From contig CAYRCL010000055.1 of NCBI GenBank assembly GCA_964422795.1, positions 71,130 through 135,129 of the forward strand: a stretch of DNA of 64,000 nt, in the 5' to 3' direction. A model generated the notes under the pieces. It was not told the origin of the DNA, did not search any database, and saw nothing but the letters and a program-made list of their open reading frames with translations. This stretch comes from an uncultured Chloroflexota bacterium. Lineage in GTDB: Bacteria; Chloroflexota; UBA11872. Below, piece by piece: positions 53,659-62,351 of this stretch (position 1 is its first letter; each line of letters starts with the position of its first letter). A program made the position numbers and the translations under genes.

Positions 53659-56412
53659 TCACATGCCTAACATGTAGGTGCGTGGAAAAACCTGAGTGTC
53701 ACTGAGACGATTTTGGCGGAGGTGGTAATCGATCAGAGGTACGGATAATTCCTTTATATAGCTACGCGAAATTCGTAGTGACAGGCGGAAATCTCCGGTG
53801 AAGTCACCGCGTCGCGCAACTTTGGGAGGGAACACCTGGCCATTGATAGATTCGGTCAGGGTTCGGTTCAGCGGGTCATAATCAAAGTCGATTCGTTGTG
53901 ATTGTGACGGCACAAGCGCTGAGCTTTGCCAAAATCCGTGAGATGCTCCCCAACCTGCCCGTGGTTCTTCGTTGTAGTTGAAGCCTGCACTTGCTCCGGT
54001 TTCTGAAGGATTTATCGCGATGATGGATCCGACGATTGATCCATCATCCTCACGAACGCTTACCGAAAGCAGGCGCCGCGAGACGTGTTCGCTTGTTAGT
54101 TTCCCGGTGCTGTCATCAGGTAACTGAATGGCGGCAATTAGGTGTGGACGAAACTTGGGGTCGGCTGAGCGGAGGGTTAAGACCGACTGCTTTGTCGTAG
54201 GTGCAGTGATCCATGTAAGCCCCGGAGCAATTGTGACAGGATGCGATCCGACGTGGACTAGTCCCGAGGAGGCGGCAGCAATCCCAAGCAGGATTGGTTC
54301 GGCGGTGGGCGTCACATCATCCCCGACCGCTAGGGTTCCTTTGCGAAGCCCAATCCGCACATCCGTTTCTGACGGAATGTCTAACGATTGCAGCGCATGG
54401 GACAAGTCAGCACTTGTCAGGCGTTGACTAGGAGTATCCCGGTAAACCGTCCAGTAGGGCGTCGTGTAAATCGCGTCAGATTCTGTTAGCCCGTGTGCGC
54501 GCGGATCATCCTTACTGTTGAGAACAAGATAGTCGTACTGAGAGTCGCTCAGGTTTTCATATTTGAAGGCCGGCGCGTTTGCCCGGCCGAGGATTGTGTT
54601 TCGTGTGAGCATTCCTAGCCAGACGCTCATCGTCCTGTTGGTCCATGATGAAATTTGATGCTCGGGAAAGTGGAACCCAAGCAGGTGGTCGCTCATGCGT
54701 TTCCGAGGTGGCGCGATGGAATACGTCAAGTCATTGGCGAAGAAGACGCGTGTGCCTTCAGGAATGTGCTCACTTACACCACGGGCATCGTGCGCAATAC
54801 GGCGATCAACGTTCCAGCCGACGCCCTGCCAATTCCACCACACGCTTAAATAGGTGTTGTGGATAAGGGCGAGGCCAAGAATGGTTGTCATTACAAGGGC
54901 CATCGCGCATAGTCCGCGCTTAAGCGGGATGAGTTTCCTAGATAGTTCTTGGGTGGCTGTCGCATTCCATAGCGAAAAATTCGCGTGGTATACGTTTGAA
55001 AGTCCGGACGCCATGAGGACAACAACAAGGAATGCAACGTATGAAAGATTCTTGAAATGGCCATATTGATAACCGGCACCGGCCGCGATCCAGAACATGA
55101 AACCGGTGTATGCCACGGCCATTGAGATGGCCACGCGCCGGTCACCACGGAGTGTCAGGGCACCGAGTATCGCGAGAATGAGGGCTGGCCAGAACAGCGC
55201 GCCGGTCATCGCATTTAGTGTGTCTACCCCACTCGAACCCAGGAGACCTTCTACAGGACCATCACGTGGGATCAACCGGTACGGCTCGAGGCCGAAGGCC
55301 AACGCTACATTTGCAAAGTTCGTATCGTTCCAGGCGTTGCCAAATCGTCCATTAAGATCGCGTGTGATGTCTGCCACTTGTGGTGTCGCCCACATGACGA
55401 GCCAGACGATCCCCGGGGCTCCCAGGACCATGACTCCTAATCCGTGTGTGAGTGTCCGGAGAAGAATGGAGCGTCGATGAGGCCCGAAGAGCAGGAGGCC
55501 AGTGACCAATGCAATGGCTACTACGAGGTATACGGCGAGGATCGCCCAAAAGTACGACACGAGTAGTGCAGCGCTGATCGCTGAAGACAGCGCGAGCGAG
55601 CGCCATCCGCCGTCACGAAGGGCGGTGGCACCAATGGCTGCAGCAACGGGGAAAAGGGCAAAGGACACAGCGTGTGGACCAAAGCCCATGCTGACGAACC
55701 AGAGTGGCAGGCCGTGAATGGCGTATAGCACGGCAGCGAGGGCGGCAGTGCGTTCTGAAACCCGGAGTCCGGACCGGGCGAACACAAATACACTGGGAAC
55801 ACTCAGTGCTAGAAGCAGATATAGCAGCGGTGCGTATACATGGAATGCGGGCATATTTGAGAGGATCGAACCAATCGAGAGGAGGTACGGAAAGCCCCAG
55901 CCTCGTGAATGATTGACCACGCCCTGGTACTCAGATTGAAAGGGTCCATCAAGCAGGTCTGACATGAAAACCGTGTTTGATTTCAAAGCCTCAGCCAGTG
56001 GGACGTACAAGTCCTCGTCGATATTGAGTCCAAGCATTGCTCCCGACCTGTTGTGCAGGTGAGGCAGCAGTGCTACGGCTAGAACGAAGAGTCCGGCTAC
56101 GAGTGCAACGATTTGAGGTTTGGTTGGACGAGGTAGCCACCAGCCATCACGCCGAACAGACCAGATTGCGAGTCCAATCGTTGCCGTCAACAGTGTTGCG
56201 GTTGCGATTCGCAGGTCGACGAACAGGTTGAGCAAGTAACTTCCCAAGATCAGGGTTGTTGTTCCAACAAGTGGGATGAGGAGCAAACCGGAATCCCCGA
56301 ACTCTTTTGATGCGACGAGTCGGGTTGGCCCATAGCCGGCGATGAAAAAGGCTGTTGTGAGAGCGAATATGACTAAAGTCGCTTCTAACCCGACGGCTAG
56401 TATTTCAGGCAT
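53659..56412 (-). CDS. Large polytopic membrane protein, putative GT-C-fold glycosyltransferase (YfhO/ArnT/PMT-like) with a C-terminal extracytoplasmic domain
   Basis: About 13 TM helices in the N-terminal ~540 aa, with an acidic motif (NIDEDLY) in the first extracytoplasmic loop as in GT-C enzymes, then a ~370-aa soluble C-domain. Confidence 0.45.
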   Translation of the reverse strand: MPEILAVGLEATLVIFALTTAFFIAGYGPTRLVASKEFGDSGLLLIPLVGTTTLILGSYLLNLFVDLRIATATLLTATIGLAIWSVRRDGWWLPRPTKPQIVALVAGLFVLAVALLPHLHNRSGAMLGLNIDEDLYVPLAEALKSNTVFMSDLLDGPFQSEYQGVVNHSRGWGFPYLLSIGSILSNMPAFHVYAPLLYLLLALSVPSVFVFARSGLRVSERTAALAAVLYAIHGLPLWFVSMGFGPHAVSFALFPVAAAIGATALRDGGWRSLALSSAISAALLVSYFWAILAVYLVVAIALVTGLLLFGPHRRSILLRTLTHGLGVMVLGAPGIVWLVMWATPQVADITRDLNGRFGNAWNDTNFANVALAFGLEPYRLIPRDGPVEGLLGSSGVDTLNAMTGALFWPALILAILGALTLRGDRRVAISMAVAYTGFMFWIAAGAGYQYGHFKNLSYVAFLVVVLMASGLSNVYHANFSLWNATATQELSRKLIPLKRGLCAMALVMTTILGLALIHNTYLSVWWNWQGVGWNVDRRIAHDARGVSEHIPEGTRVFFANDLTYSIAPPRKRMSDHLLGFHFPEHQISSWTNRTMSVWLGMLTRNTILGRANAPAFKYENLSDSQYDYLVLNSKDDPRAHGLTESDAIYTTPYWTVYRDTPSQRLTSADLSHALQSLDIPSETDVRIGLRKGTLAVGDDVTPTAEPILLGIAAASSGLVHVGSHPVTIAPGLTWITAPTTKQSVLTLRSADPKFRPHLIAAIQLPDDSTGKLTSEHVSRRLLSVSVREDDGSIVGSIIAINPSETGASAGFNYNEEPRAGWGASHGFWQSSALVPSQSQRIDFDYDPLNRTLTESINGQVFPPKVARRGDFTGDFRLSLRISRSYIKELSVPLIDYHLRQNRLSDTQVFPRTYMLGM

Positions 56413-56450
56413 GGCGACCTAGATCAGGTGACGCTGTGATCGACAACGTG

Positions 56451-57602
56451 TCAACGTGTCGATCTATCTTGTATTCGCAACAGGCCAGTTCCCCCGGCCA
56501 TGCCGAATATTTGGCCAAGACCGACGGCGGCACCTATTGCTCCACCTATTCCAGCTGTCATGAATGCTACGGCGACAAGATTCCCGGTAGGTACGGCGAA
56601 CGAGTCTTGCAACAGAGGCTCTGAAAAACGCAGGAGGATAATTTCGTTCGAGCCGAGCAGTTGAGTGGTTGATGTCGCCATCATCGCGATGAAGAGAAAT
56701 CCAACCCACGTTCCAGTCACGGTTCCGGACAGCGTCAGAACGCTCAACATTGACCCAATACACCAACCTGGACGTTCCCAGAATTGTGAATGGGCTTCTC
56801 GCAACGCGGCTCCGGCTTTCAGGTTGGCGAGGGCTACATGCGGTACGACAAGCCATAGGAAAACATTGGCACCTGCAAAGGCGATGACGTCGAACACCAA
56901 CAAAGCAACGAATATGATTGCTATTAGGATCACCGGACGCGGTGTAACGATGTCTCCTTCGGGTGCCCGCGTCAGGGCGAAAATGGAAATCTGGATAGCG
57001 ATCAACGCTCCTAGTGTCATAAGAACGGGAAGAGCTGTGAGCACGAGGGCGGGGATTTTTCGCGACGTATCGATTAGTGCGCGTTTCAATCCAGTTTCTT
57101 GGCCGTCCGCTCTTCGACCCGTAATCATTGCGATAGCGCCGAGTGCAAGGGGCCATAGGATCATAAGAAGAAGTGCTGTTGCGGGGATTACAGCGACAGC
57201 GACTGGTGATCGCACAAAGGAAAGCCCGAGCGCAAGTCCTACTAATGATCCCGCGATAGTGCCACTACAGATACCGATAACTAGGGTGCTTGGACAGGCA
57301 GTGGCAGAGACCGCCAACCGAAGCGGCTCGAGGAGACGCAGTGGGTCGGCTGGATTGCGGGATGGAGCCGATGTATCGGGTCGAGGCATTCCAGAACCAA
57401 CGGCATTATATCTCTGGAATGGACGATTGCTTTGTCCGACGAGTGGATAGATCGGGAGGGAATGATTTAATGCGGGTGCGTAATGAACAGGCTGCTGTAG
57501 TGGGCGCTGGTCGGATGGGACATGGTATTGCGCTTGAACTTGCGCGCGGCGGGTATCGTGTTGCGATTTTCGATGCAAAGACCGGTCGAGCTTCGACGGC
57601 AA
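56451..57602 (-). CDS. Hypothetical polytopic membrane protein with a Pro-rich N-terminal region
   Basis: 7-8 TM helices. Immediately upstream of, and co-directional with, the GT-C-like gene. Start uncertain; an internal Met lies at about aa 72. Confidence 0.5.
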   Translation of the reverse strand: MPSKLDRSLHRKSQHDTRRAQVQAQYHVPSDQRPLQQPVHYAPALNHSLPIYPLVGQSNRPFQRYNAVGSGMPRPDTSAPSRNPADPLRLLEPLRLAVSATACPSTLVIGICSGTIAGSLVGLALGLSFVRSPVAVAVIPATALLLMILWPLALGAIAMITGRRADGQETGLKRALIDTSRKIPALVLTALPVLMTLGALIAIQISIFALTRAPEGDIVTPRPVILIAIIFVALLVFDVIAFAGANVFLWLVVPHVALANLKAGAALREAHSQFWERPGWCIGSMLSVLTLSGTVTGTWVGFLFIAMMATSTTQLLGSNEIILLRFSEPLLQDSFAVPTGNLVAVAFMTAGIGGAIGAAVGLGQIFGMAGGTGLLRIQDRSTR

Positions 57603-58414
57603 TTACGGAAGCTGAGAGGGACGCGTCTGATTTGGTAGAAGCTGGTGTCATCGGTCAGGGCGATATTCCGAAAATTATCCAGCGCCTATCTGCCGAAGCT
57701 GATCTGAAAACTGCAGTAACGGGCGCACGGGTCGTGTTCGAGGCGGTTGCTGAAGATTTGGAAATCAAGCGGGAAGTATTTGTACAACTCGATCAATCGG
57801 CCCCGGTCGATGCGTTATTGCTGTCTAATACTTCAAGCATTGGGATTAGCGACATTGCTGCAGTCTGTCGCCAACCGGAACGGGTCGCGCTCGCGCATTG
57901 GATCTTGCCACCGCACCTATTGCCGGTGGTTGAAGTTGCGCCTGGCCGTTGTACCAGTGAGGGAACGATCACTGCTGTCTGCGACCTTCTCGAAGGTATT
58001 GGTAAGTGGCCGATCGTCTTAAAACAAGAATTGCCGGGATACCTGATCAATCGGCTACAGTTTGCGATGCTGCGGGAGGCTATGGATTTGGTCGATCGTG
58101 GCGTTGCTTCGGCTGAAGAGATCGATCGTGCGATTTGTGGATCGATCTCTCGTCGTGTTCCAACGATGGGAATCTTTGGTCAAGCTGACGCTGCGGGTCT
58201 TGACGTCTATCACCAGATCTTCAGATATCTCGCACCCGACTTAAGTCGTAGTACGGAACCGCCTTCGGTACTTGATCGTGCAGTCAAGGCCGGCCACACC
58301 GGTGCTAGTGCGGGGCAAGGGTTTTATTCATGGACTGAGAGCGAGATTGCTGAGGTTATGGCGCGCCGTAGCGCGGATTTAATTCGGTTCTTGCGAGCGG
58401 ACCGGAACGGATGA
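57470..58414 (+). CDS. 3-hydroxyacyl-CoA dehydrogenase (Hbd/FadB-like)
   Basis: AVVGAGRMGHGIA Rossmann motif and 3HCDH N- and C-domains. Confidence 0.8.
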   Translation: MRVRNEQAAVVGAGRMGHGIALELARGGYRVAIFDAKTGRASTAITEAERDASDLVEAGVIGQGDIPKIIQRLSAEADLKTAVTGARVVFEAVAEDLEIKREVFVQLDQSAPVDALLLSNTSSIGISDIAAVCRQPERVALAHWILPPHLLPVVEVAPGRCTSEGTITAVCDLLEGIGKWPIVLKQELPGYLINRLQFAMLREAMDLVDRGVASAEEIDRAICGSISRRVPTMGIFGQADAAGLDVYHQIFRYLAPDLSRSTEPPSVLDRAVKAGHTGASAGQGFYSWTESEIAEVMARRSADLIRFLRADRNG

Positions 58415-59758
58415 TTGGGCTTCTGGTTTGCTGATTTGCCGTGTGGCTGCGTTCAGCTCAAAATATTTGCGCCCGATGATGTAGGCGGTTGCGGCTTCCA
58501 TGCTCATAGCTCCGATACGTACTACTGCTCCGACTCCAGCGCCTGTCCAACCCAACATCGGTGTCGCAACGAACAGCAACGAAACGAGAACGAGGAGTCG
58601 CGTAGCGGCAGTGATGGCCACGAGCACGGTTTTCCGCTGATTCATGGTCATTGATTGATAAAACTGGCGGATGGCCATAATTGCGGGAAGGACAGCGAGG
58701 ATTTGCATGGCCACAATAGCGTCAGCTGCGATCGATGTTGGGGCACCGATGAGGCCTTCGACTAATAGGGTATTAAGCGGCGTGAATGTAATTAATACCC
58801 ACAGCGCCGAAAGCGTGCACCCGGTTCCGTAGACGAACGCCCGTGCGCGTCGGTGATCGCTGCTTTCACGACCGAGCACCATCACGACCTGGCGGAGGGG
58901 CGCCATAGCGGTCAAGGGCAACATACTGAGGCTAAATGCTATGCGGAACGCTGCAACTGTGAATTCAGGATCCGGTAGGCGCAGTAGTCCAGCTGTGATC
59001 AATGGATGGGCGATGACCAGCGCAAACTGGGTGATAAGTAAAGGAACTAGGAAAACCGTGACGTACCGAAAGTCCAACGGTGCATTGTCTTTCGGGTCAG
59101 CACCGTACGGTACACGTCGGTTAACGCGTCGTGCCAGAACGAAGCTAAGCGTACCCTCGATGATCGCTACCACGAGCCATGCGATCGCTCCGCTGAAACC
59201 TCCAGGAACTGGAAGTATCGGGATTAGACCGAGTGCGAGCACCAGGAGCACCAGTTCGCCAATGCCGGGTGCGATCCATACGAGATGAGAGTGACGTTGG
59301 TGAGCAAGTTGAACGAGGAAGAATTGGCGAATGAGATTGAATATGGGGACTGCGAGAACGATGCGCATCATTGTCATGACATCGGGTAACAAGTGCTCGG
59401 GAGTTCCCATCACGCTGCGGAAGAAGCTTTCACCGATGCCAGGAAGCGAAACGAGTGCTGCGATGAGGGCGATCATCCCCGTGTAAATGAACATATAGCG
59501 TCGTACGATGGAATATGACTGCTTGCCCTGGACGAGCACCAGGTACGCACTTTGGATTGCTGTCCCGGATGCGCTCAGAATCTGGATGACACTCGCGACC
59601 ACCGCAAATGTCGCCAGAGAGGTAGCAGGCTCGAGAGCTCGCGAGATGCCAGCATCGAGTACAGGATCCCGTAGTGTCTGCAGAAGCTGCGCGGCCGCCA
59701 GGGGAAGAAAGAACGTGGCCATGGTGCGGTAGGACGTACGCGTTTCGGCAGTTTGCAC
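58379..59758 (-). CDS. MOP-superfamily (Wzx/MurJ/MATE-like) polysaccharide or oligosaccharide flippase
   Basis: About 12-14 TM helices and a Wzx-like N-terminal pattern (MATFFLPLAAAQLLQTL...). Confidence 0.55.
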   Translation of the reverse strand: MQTAETRTSYRTMATFFLPLAAAQLLQTLRDPVLDAGISRALEPATSLATFAVVASVIQILSASGTAIQSAYLVLVQGKQSYSIVRRYMFIYTGMIALIAALVSLPGIGESFFRSVMGTPEHLLPDVMTMMRIVLAVPIFNLIRQFFLVQLAHQRHSHLVWIAPGIGELVLLVLALGLIPILPVPGGFSGAIAWLVVAIIEGTLSFVLARRVNRRVPYGADPKDNAPLDFRYVTVFLVPLLITQFALVIAHPLITAGLLRLPDPEFTVAAFRIAFSLSMLPLTAMAPLRQVVMVLGRESSDHRRARAFVYGTGCTLSALWVLITFTPLNTLLVEGLIGAPTSIAADAIVAMQILAVLPAIMAIRQFYQSMTMNQRKTVLVAITAATRLLVLVSLLFVATPMLGWTGAGVGAVVRIGAMSMEAATAYIIGRKYFELNAATRQISKPEAQSSVPVRSQEPN

Positions 59759-59859
59759 ACGGGGTTCCGATGTGGATGTTGTACGGACTATGACGAATAA
59801 CGAGGTAGTTGCTCAATTCCCGTGCCCAGTAATATTGCGGCGGGTGGTACGGTGCGGCT

Positions 59860-60606
59860 ATGTCTACGAGATATCCCGCGGCGGTGTTCTTCGACGCTTA
59901 CGGTACGCTCATCCACTTTCCAGAGGTGCCATCCCCTTTTGAATACATGGCGGACGCGATGCGTCGTGCGGGACTCTGTGTGCCGCGTAAATGCCTGGAT
60001 CAGGCTCTCCGCGTCGAAATGGATTACTTCAAATCCCGCTATGGCACAGTGCGCACCCCATCTGCTTTGGACCAGTTGCGGTCTGAGGGTGCAGACATTT
60101 ACCTAGGGACACTTGGTGATGTGGGCGACGTAAAGATAGATCGTGTACAGGTGGCCAACGATCTTGTGGAGGCCTTTAGGCCTCGTGTGCTTCCTGATGT
60201 GTTGCCTGCAATTGAAGCAGTGCGTGCGGCAGGGGTTCGAGTAGGAGTTCTAAGTAATTTCAGTTATGCGCTGTCGATGACGCTTGATGAGCTTGGCTTA
60301 CAGGGTTTGCTCGACCCGATCGTTGTGTCTGCACAGGTGGGGTTTGAGAAGCCGGATCCCCGCATATTTCTTGCTGCCGCGCAGGCGGTTGGTGCTGAAC
60401 CCAACGACTGTGTGCTTGTCGGTGATGATTTCATTAACGACATCTGTGGTGCGCAAGGCGTCGGAATGCCAGCTATCTGGATCGTACGAGATTCCGCTGA
60501 TGGTCCAGTCAGTGTGTCGATAGCACGGAACTTAGTTGATGCTGCCCACATGGCGATCGGACATGGTTGGTGGAAATTGTCGGTTCAAGGCGATGTCCCT
60601 GGTTAA
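59860..60606 (+). CDS. HAD-superfamily hydrolase (subfamily IA)
   Basis: Motif I FFDAYGTL, then LSNFS, and motif IV VGDDFINDICGA. Confidence 0.8.
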   Translation: MSTRYPAAVFFDAYGTLIHFPEVPSPFEYMADAMRRAGLCVPRKCLDQALRVEMDYFKSRYGTVRTPSALDQLRSEGADIYLGTLGDVGDVKIDRVQVANDLVEAFRPRVLPDVLPAIEAVRAAGVRVGVLSNFSYALSMTLDELGLQGLLDPIVVSAQVGFEKPDPRIFLAAAQAVGAEPNDCVLVGDDFINDICGAQGVGMPAIWIVRDSADGPVSVSIARNLVDAAHMAIGHGWWKLSVQGDVPG

Positions 60607-62090
60607 CCTGCTGCGGGGCTAAGTTTGGCCCGCAAGCGATTGCCGTAGGGGAGCGCTTGACGATAGCCGGGTCGGACGTTACCTGCGGATCGAGCTCGGA
60701 TTTCGAGCTGATTCGAAATTATCCGGTCGGCCGTTCTCAGATAAGCGGAGGCAGCTTGCTTTCCTCGGCGTGCCGGGATGACTGCTGGACCGGTCATTAC
60801 GTGCCAAGCCTTTGATCCTGGATGTGAGGGAGACTGCATGGAATGTTTGTTCGCTTCGATGAGAATTGATCGGTCGAGCGGTCGGCGATTTGGGTCGAGA
60901 ACGGCGGGATCATCGAGTACCTCTGTCCGAAATGGAATGACGAGATCAGTTCTGGCAAGACTGCGTTGTGCAGCAGGTTCGACCAAAAATCGTACAAAGG
61001 ACCATGAGACGTCTGGTTTGTCACTTTGCGAATTGATGCCGACGCAGAGCTCTTCGCCTTCGGTCAGAGCGTTACGGTTTCGCCATGCAGGCAACGGAGC
61101 GACCCCCCACGGTACGGCTTGGCGAATGGATGGGCCCACATCGCTTCGATCGATATACATTGCGGCCAGTTCAGCATTGAAGGTGGTGTTTGATCTACCC
61201 GGAATTGGGAGTTCAACGCGCAGTGTTGTCTGCCAAGCCGAGAGACGGTTTAAGTAGCGCTCACGTTCGGGCGTGGTCATCATCGATATCCGTCCCGTGA
61301 CATCGACGAACCCTCCAGTGGGGTCGTTCTCGGTTGCTTCCGCCAAGACTGGTCGTATGTAAGCCGGGATGGCCGTGAGGCCAAATCGGTTTACCCGGTT
61401 GTGGTCCGCAATGACGAGACGTTGGGCGTGTTGCTCGAATTCGGAAACAGTCCATGAGTCGTGCCATCGAGTTGGAGGCGTTATGCCCGCTTGTTCAAAG
61501 TGCTGCATGTTATAGAGCACACATTGATAGCGCGCTCCAAGGCTTAATACAGCTTGTTCACCGCTTGGTCCGACGCGAGAGTCGATCGTTCGTGGCGCTA
61601 CGGTTTGTAGATCTTCGTCATTAGCGATCCTATCGGTGAGCTTGTGCAGAAATCCAGAAGCCGTGAAGTCGAAGACATCTTCGGGCGCTATTCGTGTGAT
61701 ATCGAACCTGCCTCCACCGTGAAGCCGAGCTCGCTGACTGTCAGACGTAAGCGCATTGTCAAGCCGGCTACGAACCGTTATCCAAGGCATTGTTTTCTCA
61801 AACGATTGAATGATCTCGGTGAATGCGCTGAGGATGGTAGGTGCACCCCAAGTCTCGACATTAATGGTTGTAGCTGGTGCTTGAGGAGTAGACGTTGCTG
61901 TCGTGATCACGTGAACCATTGGTTTGTGAGACGCAGGAGTTGGTGTCGGTAGAGGCGGAGGTATTACTGCTTTCAGGGGCGGTTGTGTGATTGGTGGAAG
62001 GTCGGGTGTGTTCCGAACGAAAGTGCACGCGGCGAACAGCTCAGCCGATCCAATAGCAACCATCTGAAGAATGGCACGACGTGACTTCAT
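60603..62090 (-). CDS. Extracellular solute-binding protein (ABC transporter SBP family 1-like), Tat/lipoprotein signal
   Basis: MKSRRAILQMVAIGSAELFAAC signal. Periplasmic-binding-protein-like body. No permease or ATPase genes adjacent. Confidence 0.5.
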   Translation of the reverse strand: MKSRRAILQMVAIGSAELFAACTFVRNTPDLPPITQPPLKAVIPPPLPTPTPASHKPMVHVITTATSTPQAPATTINVETWGAPTILSAFTEIIQSFEKTMPWITVRSRLDNALTSDSQRARLHGGGRFDITRIAPEDVFDFTASGFLHKLTDRIANDEDLQTVAPRTIDSRVGPSGEQAVLSLGARYQCVLYNMQHFEQAGITPPTRWHDSWTVSEFEQHAQRLVIADHNRVNRFGLTAIPAYIRPVLAEATENDPTGGFVDVTGRISMMTTPERERYLNRLSAWQTTLRVELPIPGRSNTTFNAELAAMYIDRSDVGPSIRQAVPWGVAPLPAWRNRNALTEGEELCVGINSQSDKPDVSWSFVRFLVEPAAQRSLARTDLVIPFRTEVLDDPAVLDPNRRPLDRSILIEANKHSMQSPSHPGSKAWHVMTGPAVIPARRGKQAASAYLRTADRIISNQLEIRARSAGNVRPGYRQALPYGNRLRAKLSPAAG

Positions 62091-62351
62091 TCCGCTCCTG
62101 CTGTGGGGATGGTCAGTCCGGAGGGCAGCATCGGGTGAAGGGCGTCCAGCTCGCGCAGACCTCACGCTCGAGCGGGGCGCGAGATGGGGCTCAGAGGTCA
62201 CAGAGTGATCATAGCTGTGAAACCGGATTAGCGTGGGCGGAATGCCACGAAATCCCTCTCGGGATCGGTTGCATGGCTATGCTGAAACGCGATACGAGCG
62301 CTGTGGCGATTTGGAAGGGAAGCAGTCATAGACCAAATCCTTTGGATTGGT

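Noticed and set aside
56464-57450. ORFs 56464..57156 (-) and 56665..57450 (+) overlapping the 383-aa membrane protein gene
   Set aside because: They are alternative-frame or antisense ORFs with Arg/Ser-rich, non-protein-like composition. The membrane-protein frame is the only one with coherent TM helices.
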